A DNA stretch of 64,000 bases. It comes from Syntrophaceae bacterium (GTDB lineage: Bacteria > Desulfobacterota > Desulfomonilia > UBA1062). Position 1 is the stretch's first letter. The number at the start of each line of letters is the position of its first letter. The stretch is from assembly GCA_039680665.1 (NCBI GenBank), contig JBDKSM010000138.1, forward strand, positions 18,135 through 82,134, given 5' to 3'. The position numbers were made by a program, and so were the translations under genes. This document shows positions 49,151-59,981 of the stretch, in pieces. Under the pieces are notes generated by a model, which was given only the letters and a program-made list of their open reading frames with translations, did no database searches and was not told where the DNA came from.

Positions 49151-50389
49151 CTATCCCTCATGTACGATCCGATTCGCCTTTTCAATCAAAACCTTGGCCA
49201 GATCCTCATCCACGCCTTCAACCTCGATGAGCTTTTCCACCGTGGTCTTGGCCAGGTCGTTGATGGTCCTGAATTTCTCTTCCTGGAGGGCTTCCGCCAG
49301 GGCCTCGTCGATCTCCTCCAGCCGGGAAAGGGCGTGTTTGTCTTCCGAGGAGATTACCTCTTCCATGCCCTCGGAGCGCACATCGATCTTCCAGCCCGTC
49401 AGCTTGGCCACCAGCCTCACATTCTGGCCTTTGCGCCCGATGGCCAGACTGAGCTGATCATCCGCCACCACGACGTCCATGGCCCGCGCGCCCTTATCCA
49501 CGATCACCTTGGATACCCGCGCGGGCGAGAGGGCATTGCAGACAAAGCGCACCGGGTCTTCCGACCAGACCACGATATCCTGGCGCTCACCCCTGAGCTC
49601 CTGGATGACGTTCTGGACGCGCGCGCCTTTGACCCCTACGCAGGTGCCCACCGGGTCCACGCCGGTGTCGTGCGAGCGCACGGCGATTTTGGCCCTTATA
49701 CCTGGCTCGCGGGCCACGGCCACGATCTCGACGATACCCTCGGCGATCTCGGGCACCTCCATCTCGAAGAGTTTTTCCAGGAACTTGGGATGCGTGCGCG
49801 ACAGCTCGATCTGCGGCGACTTGAGCGACTTGGTTACATCCAGGATATAGGCCTGCACCCGATCGCCGCGCCGGAAGCTTTCGCCCGGGATCTGCTCCTT
49901 CTCCTTGAGGATGGCCTCGGCCTTGCCGAGGTTCACGATCACGTCGCGGCGGTCGAAACGGTGCACGAACCCGGATATGATGGCGCCCTTGCGGTCGATG
50001 AATTCTTTGTATACCGCGTCGCGCTCGACCTCCTTGACCTTCTGCATGATGACCTGCTTGGCGTTCTGCGCGGCGATGCGGCCGAGCTTGGAGGTGTCCA
50101 GTTTCTCACCCAGCTCGTCCCCGATCTCGCAGCTCGGGTCCAGGTGGCGCGCATTCTCAAGATCGATCTGCATATAAGGTTCGGTGACATCGTCCGAGAC
50201 CACCTTGAACTGGAAGACCTCGACCTCGTCGATCTCGGGATTATACTGGGCTTCGATGTTGGGGTAGTCACCATATACCTTTTTAGCCGCCGAGAGGACC
50301 GCCGCCTCCACCACATGGACCAGGTCGTCCTGCCTGATACCCTTTTCCTTTACGATCTGCTCGATCACCTTCGATATATTTAAAACCAT
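49151..50389 (-). CDS. nusA: transcription termination/antitermination factor NusA
   Basis: N-terminal domain, S1 and two KH domains. 412 aa. Confidence 0.95.
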   Translation of the reverse strand: MVLNISKVIEQIVKEKGIRQDDLVHVVEAAVLSAAKKVYGDYPNIEAQYNPEIDEVEVFQFKVVSDDVTEPYMQIDLENARHLDPSCEIGDELGEKLDTSKLGRIAAQNAKQVIMQKVKEVERDAVYKEFIDRKGAIISGFVHRFDRRDVIVNLGKAEAILKEKEQIPGESFRRGDRVQAYILDVTKSLKSPQIELSRTHPKFLEKLFEMEVPEIAEGIVEIVAVAREPGIRAKIAVRSHDTGVDPVGTCVGVKGARVQNVIQELRGERQDIVVWSEDPVRFVCNALSPARVSKVIVDKGARAMDVVVADDQLSLAIGRKGQNVRLVAKLTGWKIDVRSEGMEEVISSEDKHALSRLEEIDEALAEALQEEKFRTINDLAKTTVEKLIEVEGVDEDLAKVLIEKANRIVHEG

Positions 50390-50398
50390 ACCCTCTCC

Positions 50399-50833
50399 CT
50401 AAAACTCAAAGTCGAGATTGGCCTTCACAATATCCGCCATAACGATGTTTTCCGTAACGCCGTTAACTTCCAGACGCAGGTTTTCACCTTCCACGCCTTG
50501 CAGCACTCCGCACCTGCTCCCCTGCTTCAGGATCAGCTTCACCCGTCGGCCGGTAAAGTGTTCGTAATCGGTGCGGCTTGTCAGCCGGCGGGTAAGACCC
50601 GGGGAAGAAACCTCGAGGCGGTAGCGGCCCGGTATATAATCCAGCGTGTCCAGGGTGAGACCCACGCGGCGGGTCACGGCCACACAGTCTTCGAGCGTCA
50701 CCCCCTTGGGCGTATCAATGGTCAGCCGCAAGAGCCCCTGGCTGAAGCTCACCTCGATGAGATCGTATCCCATCGAGGCGATTTCGCCGCCAACAGCGCC
50801 ACGCACTTTTTCAGTGATCTCTTCCGCTCGCAT
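50399..50833 (-). CDS. rimP: ribosome maturation factor RimP
   Basis: Start taken at MRAEEITEKV. The longer listed ORF runs into the tRNA gene. Confidence 0.8.
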   Translation of the reverse strand: MRAEEITEKVRGAVGGEIASMGYDLIEVSFSQGLLRLTIDTPKGVTLEDCVAVTRRVGLTLDTLDYIPGRYRLEVSSPGLTRRLTSRTDYEHFTGRRVKLILKQGSRCGVLQGVEGENLRLEVNGVTENIVMADIVKANLDFEF

Positions 50834-50888
50834 ATGAAACAAAAAAGTGGGCAAAAGCCCACTTCTCCCTCCCTCGCGCTCGCATTTC

Positions 50889-50964
50889 TGGAGCGGGCAA
50901 CGGGGTTCGAACCCGCGACATTCAGCTTGGGAAGCTGACACTCTACCAGCTGAGCTATGCCCGC
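50889..50964 (-). tRNA. tRNA-Gly (anticodon CCC)
   Basis: 76 nt. 7-bp acceptor stem GCGGGCA/TGCCCGC. Anticodon loop TTCCCAA. T-loop TTCGAAC. Encoded 3' CCA. Confidence 0.85.
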
Positions 50965-51114
50965 CCAGTGACTTCTAATAGACTAGGAGCATAGGATTTG
51001 TCAACTGCTTAAAAGCCCGCTTGCCCGCAGGCCCCATGTGTTCCAGGGGGTTCTGGCAAGTTTTGACATTGAACAATACGCGGGCATTGGGTATAGGGAG
51101 GCGGGACGTTCATA

Positions 51115-52137
51115 ATGATTAACTTGCTCGACCTTGACCGAGACGCCATCAAGACCCTGATCGACGATAAGCCCTATCGCGGCGATCAGGTCTTCCAATG
51201 GCTCTACCAGAAGCGTATCGACGACATCGCCAGGATGTCCAACCTGCCCAAGGATCTGCGTGAGCGGATCGCGCGCCAGGCCGTGATCGCGTATCCGAGC
51301 ATCGCCCGGCATCAGGTGGCGGCTGATACGACCGAAAAGTTCGCGTACCGGCTCGCTGACGGGCAGATCATCGAAAGCGTGCTCATCCCCGAAGAAGATC
51401 ACTGGACCATCTGCGTTTCATCCCAGGTCGGCTGCGCCATGGGTTGCCGCTTCTGCTGCACCGCGCAGCAGGGCTTCAAGCGCAACCTCACCCCGGGCGA
51501 GATCCTGGCCCAGGTGCTCATGCCCATGCAGCGCTATCCCGAGCGCCTGTTCCGCAACATCGTGGTCATGGGCATGGGCGAACCGCTGCTCAACTATGCC
51601 AATGTGGTCCAGGCCGTGAGCATCCTGTCCGACGAGCAGGGCCCGGACATCTCCACGCGCCGTATCACCATTTCCACCTGCGGCATCATTCCGCATCTCA
51701 AAACACTCTGGGAGGATACGCATGTCGGCCTGGCCGTTTCATTGAACGCCGCCATGGACGCCAAACGAACGGAACTCATGCCGATCAATGCCAAATACCC
51801 GTTGCCCCAGTTGATGGAGGCCTTGCGGGCCTATCCCCTCCCCCCCCGACGGCGCATCACCATCGAGTATGTTATGCTGGGCGGCGTCAACGACAGCCTT
51901 ACCGACGCCAAGGCGCTGGTAAAGACCCTGCACGGCGTACGCTGCAAGGTGAATCTGATACCCTTCAATCCCTGGACGGGCGCGCCGTTTACGGCCCCCG
52001 AGCCCGCGGCGGTACTGGCCTTCCAGGCCTACCTGAAAGAATGTGATTTCAGCGTACTGATCCGCCGGGAACGCGGCCGGGATATCCAGGCCGCCTGCGG
52101 ACAGCTGGCCGGTGGAATGTCGGCGGGGATGGGATAA
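51115..52137 (+). CDS. rlmN: 23S rRNA/tRNA (adenine-C2)-methyltransferase, radical SAM
   Basis: CAMGCRFCC radical-SAM motif. RlmN N-terminal region. Confidence 0.9.
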   Translation: MINLLDLDRDAIKTLIDDKPYRGDQVFQWLYQKRIDDIARMSNLPKDLRERIARQAVIAYPSIARHQVAADTTEKFAYRLADGQIIESVLIPEEDHWTICVSSQVGCAMGCRFCCTAQQGFKRNLTPGEILAQVLMPMQRYPERLFRNIVVMGMGEPLLNYANVVQAVSILSDEQGPDISTRRITISTCGIIPHLKTLWEDTHVGLAVSLNAAMDAKRTELMPINAKYPLPQLMEALRAYPLPPRRRITIEYVMLGGVNDSLTDAKALVKTLHGVRCKVNLIPFNPWTGAPFTAPEPAAVLAFQAYLKECDFSVLIRRERGRDIQAACGQLAGGMSAGMG

Positions 52138-52230
52138 GCCCCCCATCTAGTACGCGCCCGGCTTGAAGTTCTGCTTGAATAAAACATACCAGTTGACGAT
52201 ATACTGCATCAAAGGGGAATGTATATGACG

Positions 52231-53010
52231 ATGAAAAAAGTACTGTTCTTGATCATGATATCGTTGCTCGCTTCGTGCGCCGCCATATCGACGCAGAAAC
52301 GGGAAATTTCGCGTCCCATGGTGAAGCTCGGCATGGAAAAGGTCGCCAAGAACGATCTTCAGGGCGCCTTGATCGACTTCAAGAAGGCTGAGGAGGCCAA
52401 TCCGTCCGATCCCGAGGTTTATTATGGTCTGGCGCTTACCTATCGTCAATGGGGCAAACCGCAACTGGCCTTGGATTATGTCGATAAGGCCATCCGATAT
52501 GGAAACAAGCTCGGATTCGAGCATCCGGGCATGAAGAGCGAGGCCTATAACCTCAAAGGCGATATCCTCAACGGTCTCAAACGCTATGACGAGGCCATGG
52601 ACAACTTTAAAAAGGCCCTGAAGGATGATTTCTATACCACCCCCGAGTTTACCCTCTATAACATGGCCGTAATCTATATGATGCAAGGCAAGATTGATGA
52701 CGCACAGGCCAGCCTGAATACCGCCTTGACCAAGAATTCGCACTATGCCCCGGCCTGGCTTCTGGTGGGCAAAATCAATGCCCAGAAAGGTTCCAACGCC
52801 CAGGCCGAAAGCGCCTTCAAGCATGCCCTGCTGGAGTTCCCCGATTTTACCGAGGCGCATTGGGATCTGGCCCTTATCTATATCAAGGACGAAGACTACA
52901 AATCAGCGGCCGAACACCTGCGCGAGGTCGTACGCTTGGACAAAGACGGACCGTTCGGCAAACAGGCTCAACGTACGCTTAATGACATGGGTGCTTCCGG
53001 GGATCGATAG
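52231..53010 (+). CDS. TPR-repeat lipoprotein (PilF/PilW-like)
   Basis: Lipobox LLASC. Several TPR repeats. Start could also be 52219. Confidence 0.7.
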   Translation: MKKVLFLIMISLLASCAAISTQKREISRPMVKLGMEKVAKNDLQGALIDFKKAEEANPSDPEVYYGLALTYRQWGKPQLALDYVDKAIRYGNKLGFEHPGMKSEAYNLKGDILNGLKRYDEAMDNFKKALKDDFYTTPEFTLYNMAVIYMMQGKIDDAQASLNTALTKNSHYAPAWLLVGKINAQKGSNAQAESAFKHALLEFPDFTEAHWDLALIYIKDEDYKSAAEHLREVVRLDKDGPFGKQAQRTLNDMGASGDR

Positions 53011-54108
53011 ATGGGCAATTGTACCCTGTGGATCGCCGGGGAGATCGCCAAGGATCTGGGACTGACCGGGCATGAATTTCCCAGCCAGATCCTGGAAGTC
53101 AAACAACTGTTGTACGAGGTTCTAAAGGACGGTCAGCCCCGCGATATCATCATGCTGCCGTTTTTCAGGAACTATACCGAGGTCGTCGGGCATATCCGCG
53201 ACCGCGGCATCGTCGGCCCCATTATCATTTATACCCAGGGTGAGACCCTGTTCATGAATATCAGCGATATGGCCAGCCAAGGTGTACTCTTCATGGACGC
53301 ATCGCGCTTCGGCAAACCCATGATGGTTGGGTTTCTTACCTTTCTGCGCCTGAGCCAAGAAGCAATCAAGCCCGAGACCGAACCGGAGCAACCCCCTCAA
53401 AAAGTCCCCTCTAGGGCTACCGGAGACATGGAGGAGATCAAGGAGATGCTACGGCAGATCATGCGTCGCCGGACCAGGCTGCTGGTTACGTGCCAGTTCC
53501 GTGAAGACTTGCCCACCTTAAGCGTTACCTGTGAGGTCATTCAGATGGTGGGCGAGGTCGAAACCAAACTGGTGCTGGACAAGTTCAACCCCCAGGAGTT
53601 TGTGGGGCTTTACCGCACTATGGCCAAGGGCAAGCCGTTGGTGGCCTATGTGAGCACGGATGAGGAATCGCTTGGTTTCGAGCTCAGAGTCGTGCACACG
53701 GTCATGGATAAGATCACGGTCCTGCTGCCCGCGACCATGTTCGACAATAAACGCCGGTTTTTCCGCGTGGAGCCTGACGTCAAAGATCCGGTTACCATGC
53801 ACATCCTACCTGAAAACAGCGCCACCAAAGCCTTCATGGTGCGGGACGTGAGTGAAGGCGGGATCGGCTTGAATGCGCCGTTTGCGGGCCTGAACTTGAA
53901 CGCGATCTACCCGATAGCGCTTACGCTTCCGGGTGGCAAACTGATCCTGGGCAGTGCCAACACGGTGTTCAAAGAAGTCATACGTGCCGATCTGTTCAAT
54001 TACGGCATGATTTTGATCCTCAATGAAACCGATATCGTCAGTGTGCGACAATATGTGTATAAACGCCAGGCCGGAATCCTGGCGGCCATCCGCAATCAGG
54101 ATCTATGA
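53011..54108 (+). CDS. PilZ domain-containing protein (putative c-di-GMP receptor)
   Basis: C-terminal PilZ motifs (RRFFRV...; DVSEGGIGL). Start abuts the upstream stop. Confidence 0.7.
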   Translation: MGNCTLWIAGEIAKDLGLTGHEFPSQILEVKQLLYEVLKDGQPRDIIMLPFFRNYTEVVGHIRDRGIVGPIIIYTQGETLFMNISDMASQGVLFMDASRFGKPMMVGFLTFLRLSQEAIKPETEPEQPPQKVPSRATGDMEEIKEMLRQIMRRRTRLLVTCQFREDLPTLSVTCEVIQMVGEVETKLVLDKFNPQEFVGLYRTMAKGKPLVAYVSTDEESLGFELRVVHTVMDKITVLLPATMFDNKRRFFRVEPDVKDPVTMHILPENSATKAFMVRDVSEGGIGLNAPFAGLNLNAIYPIALTLPGGKLILGSANTVFKEVIRADLFNYGMILILNETDIVSVRQYVYKRQAGILAAIRNQDL

Positions 54109-55935
54109 AGTTTGCAGCCCCAGCTTGACGGCCTGAATGCCGGCCGGGGTCATGCCTTCGATCAGCACGGCCTGCCCTAGAGTGGACGGCCGCACCGAAG
54201 CGAGGCGAGCCTTGAGCTCGTTGGATAGACCAGACAGCGCGGAATAATCGAAATCTTCCGGTATACGGATATGTTCAAGGTTCTTGAGGCGTCCGATCTC
54301 GCCCCGCTGGCGCTCGATATAGCCGGCATACTTGATGCCGGTCTCCGCCTCGATGCTTACGAGTCTCGGCTGCGGCGGCACGAGGTTCAAGCGCTGCAGG
54401 TCGTCCAGATGGACCTCCGGCCTTTTCAGGAGACGTTCCAGGGTAGTTTTCTCCCCCGCCTCGGTCTTATCCGGCGTAAGCGCCGCCGGGATGGCCACGG
54501 ATGTACGCATCAGCGTGGTCCGCAATTGTTCGATCTGATCCGCGAGTTCCTGTACTTGCGCGCACCGAGCAGGAGTGATGAGCCCGAGATCAGAGGCCCG
54601 TACGGAAAGCCGGAACAAGGCATTGGTTTCGCGCAACAGCAGCCGGTACTCGGCGCGCGAGGTGAACAGGCGGTAGGGCTCGCTGGTGCCGCGCGTGGTC
54701 AGGTCGTCGATCATGACCGCGATATAGGCCTCGGACCGATCGAGCACGAACGGGTCTTGTCCCCTGACCGCCAAGGCGGCGTTGATGCCGGCCATGATAC
54801 CCTGGCCTGCGGCTTCCTCGTAACCGGATGTTCCATTGACCTGTCCGGCCAGGTACAAACCGGGAACGGTCTTGGCCTCGAGCGTACGTTTGAGCTGCGT
54901 AGGCAGGATAAAATCATATTCGATGGCATAGGCCGGCCTGAGGATCTCGGCCCTTTCAAGGCCCGGCACGGAACGTACGATTTCCCACTGCAGCGCGGCC
55001 GGCAGGGAATTTCCCAGGCCCGAGGCGTATACCTCCCTGGTGTCGATGCCTTCGGGCTCGATGATCACCTGGTGCCCGGCGCGGTCGCCGAAGCGCATGA
55101 TCTTGTCCTCCAGCGAAGGGCAGTAACGCGCCGGAGTCCCGGTGATGGCCCCGGAATACAAGGGACTGGCCATGATATTATCCCGGATGATCCGGTGCGT
55201 CTCGGCCGTGGTGCGCGTCAGATAGCAGGGCAGCTGCGGCAGCTCAGAGGGTGTGGAGCCAAAACCCAACGGCAGGCATCCTTGCTCCGGGTCCTGGTGC
55301 TCCATGGCCGCCAGATCGAGACTGTCCCGGTGCAGCCTTGGCGGCGTGCCGGTCTTGAGTCTGCCGGTCTTGAGCCCGAGAGCTTTCAAAGCCTCGGAGA
55401 GTTCGTCCGCGCCCTCTTCCCCTGCCCGACCCGCCGGATAATGCTGGGTGCCGATATAAATAAGCCCCGAAAGGAAAGTGCCCGCAGCGATAATCACCGC
55501 TTTGCCCGAGCAGAAATCACCCTTCTGGTCGACCACGCCCGTGACGCGTCCACCTTCGGTCATGATCCGCACGACCTTGGCCTGCCGCAGATGCACCCCG
55601 GAGCATTCCAGCCTGGACTTGATGGCGGCCTCATAGCGCCGCCGGTCGTTCTGGGTGCGCGTGGCCCGCACGGCCGGACCCTTCTTGGTGTTGAGCACCC
55701 GGTATTGGATGGCCGTGGCGTCCGCGGCCTCGGCCATGATGCCGCCCAGGGCGTCGATCTCCTTGACCAGATGGCTCTTGGCCAGCCCGCCGATCGACGG
55801 GCTGCAGGGCATGCGGCCGATGGTGTCCAGATTGATCGTGAACAGCGCCACCTCGCACCCCAGCTTGCCGGCCGCCACGGCGGCCTCGGCCCCGGCATGC
55901 CCGCCGCCCACGACAATGATGTCGAAACGCTCCAT
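54103..55935 (-). CDS. mnmG: tRNA uridine-5-carboxymethylaminomethyl modification enzyme MnmG (GidA)
   Basis: [22 protein letters not shown] motif. About 610 aa. Confidence 0.9.
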   Translation of the reverse strand: MERFDIIVVGGGHAGAEAAVAAGKLGCEVALFTINLDTIGRMPCSPSIGGLAKSHLVKEIDALGGIMAEAADATAIQYRVLNTKKGPAVRATRTQNDRRRYEAAIKSRLECSGVHLRQAKVVRIMTEGGRVTGVVDQKGDFCSGKAVIIAAGTFLSGLIYIGTQHYPAGRAGEEGADELSEALKALGLKTGRLKTGTPPRLHRDSLDLAAMEHQDPEQGCLPLGFGSTPSELPQLPCYLTRTTAETHRIIRDNIMASPLYSGAITGTPARYCPSLEDKIMRFGDRAGHQVIIEPEGIDTREVYASGLGNSLPAALQWEIVRSVPGLERAEILRPAYAIEYDFILPTQLKRTLEAKTVPGLYLAGQVNGTSGYEEAAGQGIMAGINAALAVRGQDPFVLDRSEAYIAVMIDDLTTRGTSEPYRLFTSRAEYRLLLRETNALFRLSVRASDLGLITPARCAQVQELADQIEQLRTTLMRTSVAIPAALTPDKTEAGEKTTLERLLKRPEVHLDDLQRLNLVPPQPRLVSIEAETGIKYAGYIERQRGEIGRLKNLEHIRIPEDFDYSALSGLSNELKARLASVRPSTLGQAVLIEGMTPAGIQAVKLGLQTS

Positions 55936-56264
55936 AGCCCTTCCCTCTAGGGCAAATTGAAACATCACGCAAGGACATAAAAACTCGCGCTTCTGATGGA
56001 GATGACAGCTGGTTCATGGAAACATGGTTATTTGAAATCCGTTCGCAGATAGGGTTCTTGATCACAGGAAGTCCTTACGGTGCCCTCCTGTTGTGGGCCA
56101 TGGCTGGCACTGAAACTTATAGCTTGACAAGTATTATGAAAATATAATCTATTATAATCTATAATTTACTAATCGTGTAAAGAACTTTTCGCGTCTTGGC
56201 CCGGTCAGGAAACCAAGGAAAAGATCTTTTTGAGAAGACAATCCACGAATGAGGAGAATCGACG

Positions 56265-57758
56265 ATGGAAATGAAGAACAACCGGTGGATGCATGTAGTT
56301 TTGTGCTGTCTTATTTGTCTCTGGCTGGCCGTACCGGCAATGGCTGCTGACGGTCTCTTCTCGACCGTTACCGATGATGGAGTGACGCTCAAGATGTTGC
56401 GCTATCGCCCTGCACCGGATGCAAACTTCAGGGTCGGTGGCCAGCCGGTTCTGTTGTTCCCGGGAATTGTATGCAACATGAATGCGTTTCTCAGCTTTAC
56501 CCCGGAAGAGCGCACGAAGGACTATGCCGGTATGACCCTGCCTGTGCCCATTGCCGACTGGGCCAAGGATGACCCTTATATTCAGGCTGATCCCATGAGG
56601 TATTACAGTCTTGCCCACTATCTGTGGCTGAAAGGCTATGATGTGTGGCTCGCCAATTACCGCGGCACCGGACGCGGCGAATTCGTGAGCGACAAAGGCA
56701 ATCTCCTGACGAATAACGATGTTTGGGGCATTCTTGATGCCGTTGCCTGCGTAAACAAGGTTGTCGAGGTGACCGGTCAGGCGCCCTTCATCGGCGGTCA
56801 CAGCACGGGCGGCTTTACGTGTTATGCCTACCTGCAAGGCGCCACCTTTGATCTGGATGAACTCAAGGAGGGGGCCGCGAACGGGTATACACCGCATGTG
56901 AAGGCCAACCCTCTCCTGGCTGCGGCGCGCAATGCCATGATCAAGGGCTATATTGCCCTCGACCCGGGTTTAACGCCTAACGTGCCTCAGAGTATTGATG
57001 TGCCGCTCATGTGGGAGATCTTCGGACAGGCGGGCTACCTTGATTTGGATACCCTCATGGAAAATGTCGTCAACCCCCTGATCACGGACAGCGATATCAT
57101 GATCACCGCCATTGATACGGTCATGGACCTGATCACCGAGGTCAACAGTGAATACGGTGAATATCTCGACATCATCCCCTGTCTTGATTTCTGGTACATG
57201 GCCAACATGCATCCTTTCGTGAACGACTTCTTCGCCCGCTATGCCTGTTCGAGCGTCTATATCCGCGGGCTCGGCCAGTGGGGCGATATCGGTCTGCATA
57301 GGTCTATCCGTGAGTTCTGGAGAAACGGCGCAGAGAATAAGGATGTCGTCCAGGCCCCTGAGCCGGATCCCGGCAGGGATGGTTACTATTACTATGACAG
57401 GAACATGCATCTCTTGACCATTCCGACGATTGCTATCCTTTCCTATTCCGACGCCCTGGTGAGAGCAGATGATGTGATCACGTATCTCATGGAGGCCAAG
57501 ACCTATAATGCTGGCGACGAGTACCATCTTATCCCCAATTCTGCGCACCTGGATGTAATCTGCGGACTCAACGCCCCATACATTACCTTCCCGCTGATCG
57601 GAGTATGGCTCGATAAGGAATGCGCCAAGCAGGCTGCTCAAGCGGGAACGGGTTCGGCCTCGGCCGAAGATGCCAAAGCCGCAAACACTGCTACCAGCGG
57701 TTCCTCCGATGGGAGCAGCAAAGGTATGTGCTTTATCGAAACCGTGCTTGGAGCATAA
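56265..57758 (+). CDS. secreted alpha/beta-hydrolase (lipase/esterase-like) paralog B with low-complexity linker and C-terminal G-x-CFI tail
   Basis: Signal peptide (…CLWLAVPAMAADG). GGHSTGG. DPGRDGYYYY. SAHLDVI. C-terminal …GSSDGSSKGMCFIETVLGA. GAGGAG RBS. Confidence 0.8.
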   Translation: MEMKNNRWMHVVLCCLICLWLAVPAMAADGLFSTVTDDGVTLKMLRYRPAPDANFRVGGQPVLLFPGIVCNMNAFLSFTPEERTKDYAGMTLPVPIADWAKDDPYIQADPMRYYSLAHYLWLKGYDVWLANYRGTGRGEFVSDKGNLLTNNDVWGILDAVACVNKVVEVTGQAPFIGGHSTGGFTCYAYLQGATFDLDELKEGAANGYTPHVKANPLLAAARNAMIKGYIALDPGLTPNVPQSIDVPLMWEIFGQAGYLDLDTLMENVVNPLITDSDIMITAIDTVMDLITEVNSEYGEYLDIIPCLDFWYMANMHPFVNDFFARYACSSVYIRGLGQWGDIGLHRSIREFWRNGAENKDVVQAPEPDPGRDGYYYYDRNMHLLTIPTIAILSYSDALVRADDVITYLMEAKTYNAGDEYHLIPNSAHLDVICGLNAPYITFPLIGVWLDKECAKQAAQAGTGSASAEDAKAANTATSGSSDGSSKGMCFIETVLGA

Positions 57759-57820
57759 ATCATCCCGATCCAAGACATCGGCTTGTGCTTTGAGTGGGCC
57801 GTAAGCCGGTCCGGAAATAC

Positions 57821-57851
57821 AAACGCCTCCCTTATCAATCGGGAGGCGTTT
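57821..57851. terminator. bidirectional rho-independent terminator between convergent genes
   Basis: AAACGCCTCCC-9 nt-GGGAGGCGTTT perfect 11-bp stem followed by T-rich sequence. Confidence 0.7.
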
Positions 57852-57855
57852 ACTT

Positions 57856-58230
57856 TTACGTTTCTATCAGGCTTTGCACCTTGAATAGGATGATATGCGG
57901 CGGAGAGGGCTTTACCAGATAGAGATTGGCGCCGGCTTCATGGGCCTTGCGGCGGTGTTCGGCACCGCTCTCGGTGGTGAGCATGATGATTGGAAGGTCT
58001 TTCAAATCAGGATTGCCGCGGATATTGCTGATCAGCTCGATGCCGTCCATATTGGGCATATTCAGGTCGGAGATCACCAGTTTGACGTCCGGGTGCTGGG
58101 CCAGTTTTTCCAAGGCATCGATGCCGTCCACGGCCTCCACGCACTTGAAGTTCTTGGGTTTGAGCGTGTGCACGAGAATTTTGCGCACGGTCACGGAGTC
58201 ATCGACGATCAGTATCTTTGCCATGGACAT
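57856..58230 (-). CDS. cheY: CheY-like single-domain response regulator
   Basis: KILIVDDS...D...K receiver motifs. 124 aa. Confidence 0.85.
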   Translation of the reverse strand: MSMAKILIVDDSVTVRKILVHTLKPKNFKCVEAVDGIDALEKLAQHPDVKLVISDLNMPNMDGIELISNIRGNPDLKDLPIIMLTTESGAEHRRKAHEAGANLYLVKPSPPHIILFKVQSLIET

Positions 58231-58237
58231 CTACCAC

Positions 58238-59098
58238 CTACTCTTTCTTATAGCCCAGCGCACCGGGAAAATGCACCAGCTTGAAGGCGCGCGTGATGTT
58301 GTGCAGCGATTCGGAGTGGCCGATGAACAGATAGCCGCCGGGGTTGATGTTGTCATAGAGATGCGAGACGATTTTTTTGCGGGCCGCGTCATCGAAATAG
58401 ATCAACACGTTGCGGCAGAAGATGATGTCGAAGCCCTTCATGAGCTGCATACGCTGGGAATCCATGAAGTTCAGGAACTGGAGCTCGACCAGGGCACGGA
58501 TCTCGTCCGTGACCACGAACTGGGAGTTTTCGGCCTTGAAGTATTTCTGGCGTACTTCGACCGGGACGCCGCGCAGGGCATACTCATTATACGTGGCCAG
58601 TTTGGCGCTACGCAGAGCCTTCTCGCTGATATCGCTGGCATAGATCTTGATGTCCCACTCGCGTAAGGTATCCTGGAGCAGCTCTTTGAGCACGATGCCC
58701 AAGGTGTAGGCCTCCTCGCCGGTGGAGCAGCCGGCCGACCAGAGCCTGAGCGTTTTCTCCCCGGCCTTCTGACGGCGCGTCATGACATCGGGCAGCGCCT
58801 TTTCGGCAAAGGCCTCGATCTGGGGGGGGCTTCGGAAGAAACTGGTCTCGTTGGTGGTGATGGTGTCGTAGAGCGACCGCAATTCCTTGGCCGCCTGGGG
58901 GTCGTACTTGAGCAGGTAGTAGTACTTCTCGTAATCGGTGAAATTGTAGGCCTTGAGCCGGAAGGTCAACCGGTTTTCTAAGAGGCTCTTCTTGGAATCG
59001 GCGAAGTATATGCCGGATTTTTCGTAGATGAAGTCTCTCAGCTGCAGAAATTGTTCACCGGTCATCAGGATTCCGCTGGGCTGGCTGGCTAATTCCAT
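58238..59098 (-). CDS. cheR: chemotaxis protein methyltransferase CheR
   Basis: CheR N- and SAM-MTase domains (LRLWSAGCSTGEEAYTLG). Confidence 0.9.
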   Translation of the reverse strand: MELASQPSGILMTGEQFLQLRDFIYEKSGIYFADSKKSLLENRLTFRLKAYNFTDYEKYYYLLKYDPQAAKELRSLYDTITTNETSFFRSPPQIEAFAEKALPDVMTRRQKAGEKTLRLWSAGCSTGEEAYTLGIVLKELLQDTLREWDIKIYASDISEKALRSAKLATYNEYALRGVPVEVRQKYFKAENSQFVVTDEIRALVELQFLNFMDSQRMQLMKGFDIIFCRNVLIYFDDAARKKIVSHLYDNINPGGYLFIGHSESLHNITRAFKLVHFPGALGYKKE

Positions 59099-59116
59099 GG
59101 GGCTTCCCTCACATCC

Positions 59117-59980
59117 TCACTCGCTCATCGACTTGATGTATTCCCGCACGGTGTCCGCGAGCGAATCCATCTCAAAGGTGATGCGTTCAAGATCCAATTC
59201 ATCCATGGGGTAGCGGTGTTCGATCAGGGTCTGCCAGCCCGTCTGATCGGCGAGCACGAACGATAACTTGTCGCCGCCGTAGGAAAGCTGTTTGGCCTTG
59301 GCCAACAGATCGGCGATGGAGATCAAGGCCGTCATGGGTTTGAATTGGGACATCTCCGGGGCATGATGCCAGCGGATGATATCCCGTAAGTAATCGGGCA
59401 GGTTCCAACGCTCGGCCAGGAAGGCGCCGACTTCCATGTGGGTTGTGCCCAGAACTTCCTGTTCAGCTTCATACAGCGGGCAATCGCGCGTGATGGAAAG
59501 GTCGAGGGCCTTGTTGAAATCGTCGCGTACGGTGTAGTCGAGCACGATCTTGCCGATGTCGTGCAGCAACCCGCCGACAAACTCGCGACCCTGGGTTTCC
59601 ATCCTGATCTTGCGCGCCATGGTGCGTGCGACAATGGCGGTCGCTACGCAGTGGTCCCAGAAGGACTCCCAGATGAACCCCTTTTTGCTGGTGAACGTGG
59701 AGATAACCGATACCGATGAGGTGATGTTGATGATCTCGGACAGACCCAGTATGGTAATGGCGCGCTGGATGGTTTCCACCGGTTTGTCCCCGCGTTTATA
59801 GAACGAGGAGTTGGCCATCTTGAGCATCTTGGTCGCCAGCGGGGGATCTTTGTGGATCACCTCAGAGAGCTTGGAAATGCTCACATTTGGCGCATGTGCC
59901 AGGGAGAGCGCCTCCATGGCCACCGCCGGCAAGGTGGGCAGATCGTCGATCTTTTTGATCTTTTCGAGGATGCTTGTCAT
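59117..59980 (-). CDS. HDOD domain-containing signalling protein
   Basis: HDOD signature (LPTLPAVA...LLHDIGKIVL). Confidence 0.75.
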   Translation of the reverse strand: MTSILEKIKKIDDLPTLPAVAMEALSLAHAPNVSISKLSEVIHKDPPLATKMLKMANSSFYKRGDKPVETIQRAITILGLSEIINITSSVSVISTFTSKKGFIWESFWDHCVATAIVARTMARKIRMETQGREFVGGLLHDIGKIVLDYTVRDDFNKALDLSITRDCPLYEAEQEVLGTTHMEVGAFLAERWNLPDYLRDIIRWHHAPEMSQFKPMTALISIADLLAKAKQLSYGGDKLSFVLADQTGWQTLIEHRYPMDELDLERITFEMDSLADTVREYIKSMSE

Positions 59981-59981
59981 G

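Noticed and set aside
56101-56120. TGGCAC-N5 sequence (CTGGCACTGAAACTTATAGC) upstream of hydrolase paralog B as a sigma-54 promoter
   Set aside because: The -12 position has TA, not GC, and lacks the TTGC element, so it does not fit the -24/-12 spacing.
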